Source: Psammoneis japonica
Taxonomy: Eukaryota
DNA: 64,000 nt
NCBI GenBank assembly: GCA_008632985.1
Contig: QPGO01000039.1
Span: 372,001-436,000 of the forward strand
Direction: 5' to 3'
The first letter of the stretch is position 1. Every line of letters begins with the position of its first letter. A program made the translations under genes and the position numbers. Shown piece by piece: positions 24,380 through 36,164 of this stretch. Below the pieces are notes generated by a model that had not been told where the DNA came from, did no database searches, and saw only the letters and a list, made by a program, of their open reading frames with translations.

Positions 24380-25136
24380 ATGGAGCAGGGCTGGGAAAGG
24401 GTGATGAAGGAATGCGTACGTCCAGTCGTTCTCTTCTACATCCCCATAATTCTTGCCTGTTACGGCTTGACAGTGATGTCGATGAAGCGGACAAAGCCCG
24501 AGTGGACTGGAATCAAGCTGCAAAAGCTTGCTGGGCAGCTATCCATGTATCCTCCCTTGTGTTGATCTTCGCTTCACATGCAACCATGTAGATCGTCGCT
24601 TCTGGACACTTGATTAAAAAGAACGAACCTGCAAATCGACCCACATGTGTGATGGGTTTTGCAATTTTTACGTTGCAACCAACATTGTTCTGACGATTGG
24701 TCAGATCCAAACAGCAAAGCCTCCGTTGCTGTACCAACTATTGGCCCATCATGTGGTTTCCATCACGTGTCACGTTGGAGGCTTTTACCTTGACACTTTC
24801 CGTTGAATCTCTTTTTGGTTCCCGTGTTTGCATGTAAAGAGCATTTCCCAGAATGGCGCAAGCATTCGTGGCATTTGTGGAACAGCAGGTTGCTGTGGTT
24901 GACCTTTTGTCACGCACAGACTTATTCTTTTTCCCTGTTGGCGGATTCTTTGGATCTGAGAACGATGGCAGGCTGTAGCAGCCGAGGGAGCGGATGTTCA
25001 CTTGGTTGAGACTCTCCTTTATCCCAGTGCTATCTTTGGGCTGTTGGTTCTTTCCACGATTTGGTTCCTCACAATTGACCGTGGACTCAAGAAAGAAATC
25101 GTTGCGTACATGAAAGCAAAGAAGAAGAACGAATGA
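24380..25136 (+). pseudogene. TLC (TRAM/LAG1/CLN8)-domain membrane protein, disrupted
   Basis: Fragments across frames: LLYQLLAHHVVSI, NLFLVPVF, LLWLTF.THRLILFP, LLVLSTIWF...GLKK. In-frame TAG/TGA stops, frameshifts and an apparent internal deletion. Confidence 0.6.
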
Positions 25137-25379
25137 GTGTCATCGTCCATCAACATGGCCTTTCTTAGACACCACAGCTAGTACGAGCAGAAGACCAGCT
25201 GCCGACATGCTTTTTTCACTTGACGCGTTCATTGTTGTAATAAGAATTAAGATCACCTGGCTGCCAGGCGCACTTACATGCAAATACCACACCACATTTG
25301 AAAGGATCCATCGCAATCCCTAGATCAATGCGCATGACTTCCTAAAGAAATATTTTCATGTCGTTTCTAAATTTTGATC

Positions 25380-26430
25380 TCTGCAAGTCCATGGCTTCTG
25401 TCGCGTCTTCAGCCAAGACTCTGAGATCTGGCTGAGCAGGGGTGCCCAGGGGTCTGGTGGGCCAGGTGTCTGGGGGGCTTGGGGTGTTGACACGTGGGTT
25501 CAGAGTTTTTGCAAATCTGATCTGCAACTTCATGGCCCTCCGCTGAGTTGTCTGTTGTCTCGTGGCACTCTTTCTGTGCAGCACCGCACCTCCAGCATGA
25601 CACACACCACAACCTTCTCCAGACTGCCCCAAATGCTGGCACCCGCAGTGGCTGAGCACACCCCAGAAGCCAAAAGTGTTGTGCAAGTGAGACATCAAAG
25701 AGATTTCAAATTTCTTCTCAACTCACTCATGCTGCAGTCCACACTGGGTGTTGCACAATTCCATGGCAGGGTCAGTTGGATGACTTCACATCTGTGCAAC
25801 AATTGCCGCCCCTCCCCCCCAAAAGCTGAAAGCACTCCAAAAGCCAAGCTGAAAGCACCCCAAAAGCCAACTTGTCTGTGCTGTGGGAAACGACATTTTT
25901 CGCAGTGTTTTCTCCACTCAACCCACGCGCAATTGCAAGCTGTGCAATTGTTTCTCTGTTTCATGCCACTTTTCTTGATGCAAACCTGTCACCCCATTTT
26001 TTAGCTCCAAAATGCAGGCACACTCCTCATGCACAGCTGCAGCCTCCGCAGCTGCTCCTCTGTCCAACTCACCGCTTTTCTTGATGCAAACCTCCTGTTG
26101 CTCCGCCTTTTGAGCACCATGTGTCGACACTCCTCTTTGCTGCAAACTTCACAAGAGTGGCTCAGCTGCCGCATTTTGGCCTGCGCCACAGACACTCAAA
26201 TGACAACACTAGCGTGCAATCAAAAAGTTTGAACAGGGCCAAAAGCCATGACTTTTCCACAGCTCCCGCACACTGCACCCAGAGTGCAGCATCTGACAAG
26301 TTTTTTCTTGCACCCCATTGCCCTTGGACGCTGAGAGATGCACTGGCCATTCAGATGTGCCATCCACATTTCCATGCAGCATGGATCTCTTCGCTGTTGT
26401 CCAAACTGCAGGTCGGTGCCAGTTTTCACA
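25380..26430. mobile_element. TpA/CpG-depleted decayed sequence
   Basis: Dinucleotide depletion; largely open minus-strand frame at 25342-26145 with TGA interruptions. Confidence 0.4.
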
Positions 26431-26553
26431 ATAATTGACAATTTTGCTTCTATGTGCGTGGCAACTGTGCGTGGCAAACAGCACGTCATAATAAATGTAA
26501 GGAGCGAATCGAAAGCCTCAGTTTTGGCAAAAGCACACACATCTAAAAGGGGA

Positions 26554-26626
26554 AGGTCCTACCGAGAATCGAACTCGGGTCGCAGGAATCAGAACCCTGA
26601 GTGATAACCAACTACACTATAGGACC
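26554..26626 (-). tRNA. tRNA-Gln (anticodon CTG)
   Basis: Reverse complement GGTCCTATAGTGTAGTTGGTTATCACTCAGGGTTCTGATTCCTGCGACCCGAGTTCGATTCTCGGTAGGACCT: acceptor stem GGTCCTA/TAGGACC, anticodon arm CAGGG-TTCTGAT-TCCTG, T-loop TTCGATT, and a TTTT Pol III terminator just downstream. Confidence 0.95.
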
Positions 26627-26799
26627 AACAACTGCCTTGGTGGCTGTGTGGGTTTTTAAACGTTGAAGTGAGATTTGCGCACCCTCTTTGATCATCGATC
26701 CCCAATCCCGCGTGCAATGCGAGTGCCCACCGAAATGATCAAATGCCGACATCATGATGTTTTTTTCTAACCAAACAGCTCAAAGTCCACTTGTTCTAC

Positions 26800-28620
26800 T
26801 TTTGCTCAACTGAAAACCACTCATTCATCAGAAAAGAGCTTGTGCTGCACTGCAGGGCAAAAAAGGTTCTTCCAAGTGGCTTGACATCGCACATCGAAGC
26901 ACACCCACACATGGAGCAGTTTGTTTGTGCTCCAACTTTTGCCGCTTGAGGTGCAAAAACAAGACTCCTCTTTGACTGAGCAAGACACCAAAAACTGCCT
27001 TCATGCACTGGCCAAGTGTGCAAGACCCAGACCACTGTAGAATTTGTTCCAGAGGTGTGCTCCCAGCCAGAGGGGGGCCTCTGTGTGACGTTGCCCCACA
27101 AATTTTTCTGTGCTTGCCAAGCTCCACAGTTTGTGTGATGGGTGTTTGGCACATCTGTCTTTGACATCTGAACAAACAAGCAATTTTGTTGCAAGAATGC
27201 AGCTGTGCTTTTCAACACTTGTTGTTTTTGAAACCCACCTGAAGTCATGCAGACATGTGCGTGCATGACATTGCAGCACAAATGACGAAAGAGCACAACA
27301 ATGCTGAGGTTGTGGCCCAGTGCTGGCACAAGAAGGCCCCGCCCAGAGCTGGAGTGTGTCAGCAAAAGATGGTGGCTGGCTTCCAATGTGAAGTGTCAAG
27401 AGGAAGGGGAAAAGCAATTTTCTGATCAGCTGCTGGACATTGCCAGTGTGCGTGAGTTTTCTGGCTGTGGAGTGTGGCCCAAGCACACAGAAGCTGGCAA
27501 GTGGGGTGCAGAACATTCAAGTGACAAACAGAATGAGTTGACAAGCAATCCATTGCTGCAGCGCTGTTGTTGCTGAATGACTTCCAGTGCCATGCTTGCA
27601 AACAAAATGCATTTTCCTTGATTTTTTCAAGCAGTGTGTTGGAAGTGAGAAACAGGCATGGTGGCTCTCTGCCCCCTGCTTTCATTGTGCTTTCATTTTT
27701 TTTTTTGCAACATGGCAAAGTGCGCACACAAATTCACACAGACTTCTGGCTGCACCCCCCCATGCCCCATTTGATCAACTGAAACAAGCACTCTGAGAGA
27801 GAGAGAGAGAGAGAGCGCTTGCCTGTCCCCACCCAAACACTCATCAAATGACCTGGTCAGTGCAAACAAAAAGGCTCACAGCTCCCACAAGTGGTGCTTG
27901 GCTGCCCTCATTTGTGGGGCTCTTTGGGTTGCAAGACTGGCACAGCTGCTGATGCAGAGTGACAAAGAAGATGATGCAAGAAGCACCATCAGATTGTTGA
28001 GCAGCAGCAGAAAAAACTCACATGCTGCAAAGAACTTCTGTGGCTCTTGCACCTTTTGTTGCTGTGTTTGTGCTGGCTCTGTGTGTTTGACTTTGTCATT
28101 TACAGAGGCAAGCACAATTCCATCACCATCCATCACCACAACAAGCAGAAAGCATTTTCTGAAGCAAGAGTTGTGAGATCAAAAAAGCACAACAGCTGTG
28201 GAATGATGCACGACCCCTCCCCAGCAGTGTTGCTCTGGCAGTCTCATCTCAAGATGGAGCGACACTTGCATCTCTTGTCATCACAGCAGCATGCCCTTGC
28301 AAGGAAATTGCAGGTGGACACCACTCTTGTGAGCTGAGCCAATCTCTCTTGGCTTCCTGGTGACATCTTCTAATTTCAACAACTGCATCTCACAATGGTG
28401 ACAAGGACCACAGTTCGCCACATGCCTGCCGTTGCAGCCAGCAGAAGAGCAGAGCCAACTCCAGCCCCTGATGTGACAGCTTGAGTTGGTATGAGGGAGA
28501 ACACTTCAATCAGCAAAGACTCAAGAGGCACTCTCAATTCTCGAAAGCAGTTTTTGTTTGTTGCAGGTCAACACATGGTTCGAGTGTGCAGTGTGCAGTT
28601 CACAAGAAGTTCAGCAATGG
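26800..28620. mobile_element. TpA/CpG-depleted decayed sequence
   Basis: Dinucleotide depletion; no recognisable domain. Confidence 0.4.
27795..27815. repeat. (GA)10 microsatellite
   Basis: Directly visible. Confidence 0.95.
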
Positions 28621-28813
28621 GTTCTTACGGGTGTCGCCACTGTATTTTAATGATCAGCATCAAGCCATAAATATAAACTCAAATAACGAGATTACAACCC
28701 ATCCATGTACGAACGCAGAAAAAACCTTCTAATGGCAATAGAGAACCGATCTTTTAGAATTATAACATTACAGATAATCAAATTCAACACTCTCGTTCGA
28801 TCCCAACATAAAT

Positions 28814-29602
28814 CTAAACGATTTCTCGATGCATCTTGTAGATTCCTTCGGGACACTTGACGACAGCATCGTCTCGTTTGGTATCAAACACACACCGTTT
28901 CAACTCGCACCTTCCCTTGAGTGATCGATACCCTTCTGGACACGGTTCTTGACATCGACTGGAACCATGATGCACTCGAACCTTACCAGGCGGACATTTC
29001 TCATTGTTGGGCACTACTAGAGTCTGCCGCGCCAAACTTACAGGCTCACGTTCACAGACGCCATTGTGTTTGTAGTAAAACTTGCCCGGAGCTCCCACAA
29101 TTTTACACTCCATTCGTGGGCAATTGCGATGGTTCGTTTCTTCGTTGGATGGATCGCAACAATACGCGTCATATCATGCATACCGTCAGGACACGACATG
29201 AATTTCGGAGACAGCGTGGCTCTTCTCAAAACACAACGCCGTCCGGATTTGCTGCTCTTGTAAAACTCGGGACAGGGAGCATAGCAAAACTTGTTGGATC
29301 GAAGGAGTGTATAATTTGGAGGACACTCGGGTTTGACTACCTTGTGTAAGCCACGACGACGACAATAGCCCTTTTTAAATGTGTAATCGGGAGGACAAGT
29401 CGCGTCTACAAACGGCCGCTCCACCACGAGACGGTCTCGACACATTCATGGCCATTGTTGTAGAACTTACCGGCGATATCTGGTTCTTGCGGGCATTCTG
29501 CCAACCATACCGTATCAGCTACGACGAGTAGCGGAGTAGTAAGCAGCACGAGGAGGATGGACAAAGCATATTGTTGTTGTAGTAGTTACGGCTTTTCATC
29601 AT
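28814..29602 (-). CDS. Secreted Cys-rich protein with two internal repeats (frameshifted in this assembly)
   Basis: Signal peptide YALSILLVLLTTPLLVVA; repeats GKFY..HG.C...CPP.Y....CY.PCP..Y. Three -1 frameshifts (~29586, 29447, 29170), each repaired by doubling one base. Confidence 0.65.
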
Positions 29603-29849
29603 GGCGATGTGATGTGATGCCGATGCGATGCGGTCCATCTCGCCAATGAAATACCTATACGTAAACGAATTACTCATTGGCCAGGCATTGGCGAGATTGA
29701 ATTTACGAACCTACAAGCTTGTATAAATTCAAAAAAGACGTATTGCGATTGCTTTTGGGCTGGTGCACTGCAAGAGGAATTGGCGCATGACGGACGGACG
29801 ACGACGACGCGACTAACTTTACTTGAAACTGCAAAATACTCTCCTCACC

Positions 29850-30860
29850 ATGACGGCTTCTTGGAAAGGCGTCGGCGGCGGCGGCTCATCCTCGCTACGT
29901 CCATGGATACTTTCCGTGACCCTGTTGCTTGGAGGTGTCGTACTCTTGGCGGCGACATTTGTAACCACAAATAAGCATCAACAGAAATCAAGCAGCAACA
30001 AAGAACAGGAAATTCGCGTAGCCTTTCTGGGTAATTCGATTTTCTACTTTAATGATTGTCCTCGCTTGTTGCAGCACATGATGGGAAGCAGCAACATGTT
30101 ACAAAATTCGTGCTTGCGTGGTGGAGCATCGTTTGTGTCACTCTTGATCAAGGGCAATGGTATGCAAGAAAAATTCAACTCTCGCCCGGGTCAAGCAACA
30201 AACGACATTGGAGCACCCACGGTGAAGGAGCTTCTCTTGGCGAATAATAATGGTACTACCAAGTGGGATTTTGTATTAATGAATGACTATACACAAGCTC
30301 CAGCCAGAAGGGACAGTCGTGAAAAATCGATAAAGGCATTAAAGGACGAGTATGCGCCCATGATTCGTGACTGCGGTGCGACACCCATCTTTTTGCAAAC
30401 GGCAGCCTATCGCAAAGAAGCAATTCGTGACACAAAAGACTTGGGTAATGTGCAAGAATTTACCGCAAAAGTCAAGCAAGGCTATCAAATGTATGCTGAG
30501 GCCCTAGCCAAGGAACTGCCACCGGAGCAACAACCGCGTGTTGCTCCGGTGGGGGACGCCTTTTTGTATGTCCATAATCACAATTTGGATTTGTGGAACA
30601 AGCTGTACTGGACAGACGATTTCCATCCGAGTCCCTATGGAACGTGGTTACAGGCCTGTGTCTTGTATTGCACGATTCTCAACCAAGCTCCACCAATCTA
30701 CAATCCAAAGTGGTTTGACACGGCGCGATACTTTCCTGATGAAGATTTAAACAACATCCCATTCCCCACATTGGAAGAGGCTCATGAATTGCGACAAGTG
30801 GCTAGTGTTGTTTGCGGTATTGGCGGAGAGGCTGAAAAGGAACTGGAGGATCCACAGTAG
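29850..30860 (+). CDS. SGNH/GDSL-type hydrolase with N-terminal membrane anchor
   Basis: Block I AFLGNSIFYFND, WDFVLMND, block V DDFHPS; TM helix near the N-terminus. Confidence 0.75.
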   Translation: MTASWKGVGGGGSSSLRPWILSVTLLLGGVVLLAATFVTTNKHQQKSSSNKEQEIRVAFLGNSIFYFNDCPRLLQHMMGSSNMLQNSCLRGGASFVSLLIKGNGMQEKFNSRPGQATNDIGAPTVKELLLANNNGTTKWDFVLMNDYTQAPARRDSREKSIKALKDEYAPMIRDCGATPIFLQTAAYRKEAIRDTKDLGNVQEFTAKVKQGYQMYAEALAKELPPEQQPRVAPVGDAFLYVHNHNLDLWNKLYWTDDFHPSPYGTWLQACVLYCTILNQAPPIYNPKWFDTARYFPDEDLNNIPFPTLEEAHELRQVASVVCGIGGEAEKELEDPQ

Positions 30861-30946
30861 CGCTGATATAAATAAAGCCTAGAAATGGCGTCTGAAAAGG
30901 AATTGGAGTACTCACAGTAGTGTTACACATAAATTTTGCATGACTA

Positions 30947-33025
30947 TCAACCATCATCCTCTACAATTACATCTGCAAATCCTTTCTCTTTTTCTTTTTG
31001 TCGCACAACTTCTTTCAACCCAACCTCCAGATTTGCTACCCACCGACGAGTATCGAAAAGCGGTAGGGATGACTTGTATGGTTCTTGTAGCTTGCTTGAC
31101 AGAGACTCGAACCAGTCCATTGACGTGGCACATTGAAACATGACCTCTTCATAGTCGCCCATGCTGGGACACACGAGCTCTTGCAATCCACATGCAAAAA
31201 GCAAACTCGCACCTACACGACTCGGTAGCTTGTCCGTATCTACAATAAGGCCTTCATCCCTGTCGTGTCGTTTGACGCCGCTTGGTGGTCTCAAGAGAGA
31301 AATCATTGGCACTCCGGCAAACAAGGTGTCACATCCAAGCGTATGAGCATTGTATGCGGGTGTGTCCAAGAAGACATTGGCACAACCCAATCGTTCCAAG
31401 TGCAAATCTCGCGGACAGATATCTGCAAAGACCAACACATTCGGATTCAATCCAAATTCCTCTTGTGCAATGTTCCTTAGATTCCGTTCCATTTCAGGAC
31501 CCGACCGCAACAACCACAGCACGGCACGTTTGTACTTTGTATGTGTTTGTGCTTTCAAGTGTGCTTGTACTTTCACCAAGGCTCGTAGCCACGATCGAAA
31601 GGTGTTTGGATCAATCTTGTCGGGTCGTGAATGACAGCAAAACACAAAGGCATCGCTTGGCAAGTCGTACTTGGATCGTAGCTTTACTTTCATTTCGGAA
31701 CTTGTCACAAACTGGGAGGCGCATGTCGCATGGCTATTGACAAAGTAGCAATGTGGCATGTAAATCATGTGTTCGGTGTAGTATTCTCGCAAATGCTTGG
31801 GCACGACAATGGGATCCACCACTATGAAATCCAAATAGGGCGCCCCGGTGGATCCGGGAAAGCCCATGTAGGACACTTGAAGTGGCGCGGGTCGGCATGA
31901 CATGATTTCACCCACAAGACTCGTTCCGGCATATCCGCACAAGTCGACAAGGACATCTAGGCTGTCCTTTTCAATTTGTTGCGCAAGCTCTTGGGCCGAC
32001 GACACTACTCCACCTGGCTGCAACACGGTAAAGCTGTCGCTGCCTTTTCGGATTGTTTCCACTTCCTGGCCAGAGTCACGAGTCAGCGAGTATACATGGA
32101 CAGAAAAATCACTACGATTGTGATGACCAAACACATTCTGCATGAGAAATGCCAATGGATGTTTTGATGTAAAGTCAGGACTGAGATATCCAATCCGAAT
32201 CTGTTTTCGGTTGCGTTTGGGCGTTTGTTTCGATACTCGTACAGTGGGCACATTTTGTTTTTGACGAGACGGAAATTCAAATTGCTCAAATGCAGCCTTC
32301 TCGTCCCGAGCCGTCGATACAACGATTCGACGTGCTTGTATGGCCGCAATCCGTGTTGCCATTTCCAACGAAATACACGGCCACTTGAGTGCTTCAAACG
32401 GATGAACCAAAAGCGGAGTCCCACTGTTAATCCTTTCCAAGGTCTCTTCCGATCGATCCAACAAGGCCATTAATTGATTGGCATCATCTACATACGTGTC
32501 CCAGTGGCAGCAAGCTGCGTTGGTACGAAACAACATGCTCGTGGCCTTGTCCAGCATGTTGGACGTAGATTCGTCACCACTGCTGCTTTTTTTCTTGGAC
32601 ACGGACTCGACAACTTGTCGTAATTGTGTAGATGCTTCTTCGTATCGTTCTTGATCCAAAAAGATGGACGACAATCCCATCCGTTCCTTGTTTGCTTGTA
32701 TGCTGTCTGGTGGATACGAATCAATTCGTAGTTGCAAGCACTCCTCAAAGAGTCGCGACAAACCACGAGCGTTGGGATCCAATTTGTACACGTCAGACAA
32801 GAGGCGAAAGGCTTCATCCACATTCTTGTCTCGGACAGAATCATGAGCGCGATTCATAAGGTTGGATACCTCGGAGGAGGAGGAGGACGACAAGCAAAGG
32901 ACTGGTAGACAACAACCGCACAACCAGACACATGATGCTCCGAACCAAACACAAAAATTGAAACCTTGTGATCTTCTCTTCTTCCTCTTCATCCTTGAGC
33001 AACTTTGAGTATTTGGAGCCACCAT
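30947..33025 (-). CDS. GT41 glycosyltransferase (OGT/SPINDLY-like)
   Basis: RIGYLSPDFTSKHPLAFLM, DVLVDLCGY, RPAPLQVSYMGFPGSTG, KIDP, VFLDTPAYNAHT, SRVGASLL, PLFDTRRWVANLE; short TPR-like region. Confidence 0.88.
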   Translation of the reverse strand: MVAPNTQSCSRMKRKKRRSQGFNFCVWFGASCVWLCGCCLPVLCLSSSSSSEVSNLMNRAHDSVRDKNVDEAFRLLSDVYKLDPNARGLSRLFEECLQLRIDSYPPDSIQANKERMGLSSIFLDQERYEEASTQLRQVVESVSKKKSSSGDESTSNMLDKATSMLFRTNAACCHWDTYVDDANQLMALLDRSEETLERINSGTPLLVHPFEALKWPCISLEMATRIAAIQARRIVVSTARDEKAAFEQFEFPSRQKQNVPTVRVSKQTPKRNRKQIRIGYLSPDFTSKHPLAFLMQNVFGHHNRSDFSVHVYSLTRDSGQEVETIRKGSDSFTVLQPGGVVSSAQELAQQIEKDSLDVLVDLCGYAGTSLVGEIMSCRPAPLQVSYMGFPGSTGAPYLDFIVVDPIVVPKHLREYYTEHMIYMPHCYFVNSHATCASQFVTSSEMKVKLRSKYDLPSDAFVFCCHSRPDKIDPNTFRSWLRALVKVQAHLKAQTHTKYKRAVLWLLRSGPEMERNLRNIAQEEFGLNPNVLVFADICPRDLHLERLGCANVFLDTPAYNAHTLGCDTLFAGVPMISLLRPPSGVKRHDRDEGLIVDTDKLPSRVGASLLFACGLQELVCPSMGDYEEVMFQCATSMDWFESLSSKLQEPYKSSLPLFDTRRWVANLEVGLKEVVRQKEKEKGFADVIVEDDG

Positions 33026-33174
33026 TTTTCGAATTTGCTTGTTAAGTGAAGGTGGGTCAACAACATCATCTTCCGCTTCAGCATTATTTGATGTTCGCTG
33101 GTGGAAGGTGTTGTTGAGTGCTAGGGCTTCATGTTTTATTTCTATCTCCGATCTCCGATCTCCGCCAGCTAGCC

Positions 33175-35625
33175 ACTATCCCTGCTTATTTTTCACGAGC
33201 TCTAATTTGCACACGAACCACATGCTGGTTCCTGTGCATTTACGTACATTTTATACCAGTCGCATCGTAGAGGGGTGTTGTTCGCCGGCCCTGACGAACT
33301 CTTTCTCAGACATAAAATACTTTTCACGACGTTCCGGCACATGACTGCCGGCTCGGTGGACACTGTTTCGAGTGCGTTTTCACGTAGAGCCTACTGCAGA
33401 TGTAGGCATTCAGATTTAATTCGGTACAAATCTACGCAGCATTTTGCGCAGGGTGCACACGAACCACCAGGTGGTTCGTGTGCACCCAAAAATGCACACG
33501 GACCACCACACGACGCTCGCGGAGCGGCCACCGCTGCGTAGAAATGGCATTTTGTACTGTGACGTCATCTTGCACGTAGATTCTACGGCAGTACTGAAAA
33601 GCCGCTCCTTCCTTCTATTTTTTGGGCCGAAATTCAGATCTGCCTCTCACAATTTTCAGTACAAAAAATGCGTAAAAGTTACGGAACGAAAATGGTGAGT
33701 CGCCGTTCATCGGTAAGAACGTTACTGCTTGTGTTATTGGGTCAAAACTCGCAATGTTTCGATTGTATCTCATCATCAACTTATATGACTGTCGTTCTAT
33801 CTAAAAACATTGCGACTTTTGCCACTTGCAGAGCGAAAAAAAGACTTTTGCTGCCGCCCACTTGTTTCACCCGATGTCGCTGCTTCCGACAACTTCAGGC
33901 GACGTTCTCAAGGTTCAACATTGAAGGTGTGGCATAGGAGAACATTCATTCGTCGACATTTGTGATCGAGATGAAGGAGAAAACATCCTGACTGTTATGG
34001 GAGGTGATGCTGAGCTGAAAACAAGAGCTCATCCACAAGTGCATCCGTCGCCTTGGTCCTGTCGCAACCGCCTGATCGACTCAGAATGCCAAGAAATTCA
34101 TGAGGAGGGGTTGTTGAAGGAATTAGAGAGCCCATTCATGCAATGAAGGAAGCTGCTATGGGCAAGAAAAGGAAACAAAAGAGCAATTCAAGGACGTGAG
34201 GACACGCAAGCAGCTGGACTCAGACTTCTGCGAATCTAGCACCTGCAGCCAAATCGATGCAAAGCACAGTTGCACACCTTGTTTGTCCCTCAAAGGGGCT
34301 TTTTCGAGTCCCTCATACCTTCAAGATCGAACTGTAACTATGCCCAGTAGAGAATAAATGTCGATACGAGTGTTTTCTCGGCATGCTGGGGTCTGCCAGT
34401 TCAATCTGCCGTGGCATGTTGCATCTCCTCGAGGTCGTGGCATGTAGCTCCTAGTCATAATTAGCCATTAACAGCACTAGTCTGTTGCACTTTTGTCAGA
34501 TTACTCATTGATAAATCTATTCTCATCATTGCAGTAATGATTTCCAGCACTTGGAGCCTTGCAGAGAGAACTGCCTGCGCACACCAAGAACCGGATCAAT
34601 CCCACTTCCGGGCTTCAATGTCACTAATTGTGTTTGTTGACTTTTGCTATAGCTCATATTGGACATCCTCCTACGTAGCAGATGCTTCCTGTGCTATTCT
34701 ATAAAGTGTCCAATCTATATTATTAACAAACTATGCATCGTTCGGTGTATGCAAAATGATGAAAATGGTGTCCGACAAATGGGTTCCGGCCAGCTGTCGT
34801 CATTTACCTATCACTGGCAGCATTTTCTACAGTTTGATCCCGATCTTAGAAAGATTGACCACTTCAAAACGCCTCTTTGCAGACAATATGAACAATTTAA
34901 GCCGTGCTCCGAGTCGATTTGGTTGGAGCTGGTGTGTTCAAAGGATCCGAGGTCCAACTGCTTGCGGCTCCTCAGGAACTCGCACAAAATTTTGACACCT
35001 GATAACTGTCCAGAACCGTCTCATACATCCATAGAGGGTGGCGTTTGAGCCATTGATTGAAACTTTTGGAACGATTAACGTAGACATTGAGTCGATTGAT
35101 TGTCGCAAATGATTTTGACAAGCAAGGATTGCCGCGCTTGCTTTTGTTTTTGACACGGAGAACACTGCCAAAGAAAGAGCTTGTGCCTTTCTATGTCATC
35201 TTTATCGAATATATCGTCCAAGTCATGGGTACCTGCACAATGCATTCCACTTCACACCTTCAAAACATTTGCTGTCGTGTCGGATGCAGAAGAAACAAAG
35301 AAATTGAGTGAAAAGTTCAGATGACGATTAAAGGCATCAAATGAAGATGCCTTGCTTTAGTACCCTTACCATATGATCATAATGAGGTTTTAACATACTA
35401 TCCAGGTGTTTCTTACACTTGGTGTTAAATATTGCCGCCGCCGCAACCGATCCCATGGTCGACTTGAGTTGCGTCGCGTGCTTGCGTTTTCGACTTTTCG
35501 ATGAAGAAAAATTGATTTTATGGGTTATGAGCGTTTTGTCGAAAATCACAGCGATGGCCGCGCGGACGTGGCCCAAAAGCGTCGTGACCAGGTGGTTCGT
35601 GTGCATAAGCAGGGCTATAGGGCCC
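33175..35625. mobile_element. Possible non-autonomous DNA element with inverted subterminal TGCACACGAACCAC motifs
   Basis: Left end CTATCCCTGCTTAT...TGCACACGAACCAC (33176-33221); right end reverse complement CTATAGCCCTGCTTATGCACACGAACCACC (35591-35620); no intact ORF inside. Confidence 0.45.
33451..33487. repeat. Perfect 18-bp-arm palindrome
   Basis: GGGTGCACACGAACCACC-A-GGTGGTTCGTGTGCACCC. Confidence 0.95.
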
Positions 35626-36164
35626 TAGGTAGCCAGATCTCCGCGAGAAAAAAAGTGAGCGCAGTTGTGCGCAGAGCGCAGTCGTCGCAACGAGAAACCG
35701 TGCAAACGGACAGTCGTTGAATGACGCGGAGAGTTCATTCAGTGTTATTTGACTCACATGTATTTTGGAAGCCGCGTCTCAAAAGTGGCATTGGCGTAAA
35801 GAAGGGTATTTTGTGATTATTCTCAATTAGGTGAAAAGAAAAGTAGTGAAGAGAGGCACAGTGAACTGGGCAACTTGGGCACGACACCAGTGGGAGTGCG
35901 AGTCAGTTCTTGGTTGCCTGAGCCGAGCAGATAGGTGGTCGTGCATTTGCAGTTTGTGCAGCGGAACAGAATTGCAATAAAGGTATGATCAACTCAATAT
36001 GTGGGTTCTAGAACATATAAACACTAAGTACTTCTGTATTTCGCATACGAAATAGGCGCTCGCGGTGTCAAGCTGTCTCCCACGTCGTCATTCGCCAGAT
36101 TGGCTCCTTGGGCCCAATCGAGCGACTGCGCACGTTGTTTTCAACCCCAGAGAGATTCGTATGA

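Noticed and set aside
25966..26092. ~20-bp direct repeat CTTTTCTTGATGCAAACCT about 108 bp apart
   Set aside because: Only two short copies in decayed sequence; probably an internal coding repeat.
3060..28620. Alternative genetic code or selenoprotein-style TGA readthrough in the depleted blocks
   Set aside because: Depletion affects all frames and both strands, the relics also have frameshifts, and the TGAs fit CGA->TGA decay.
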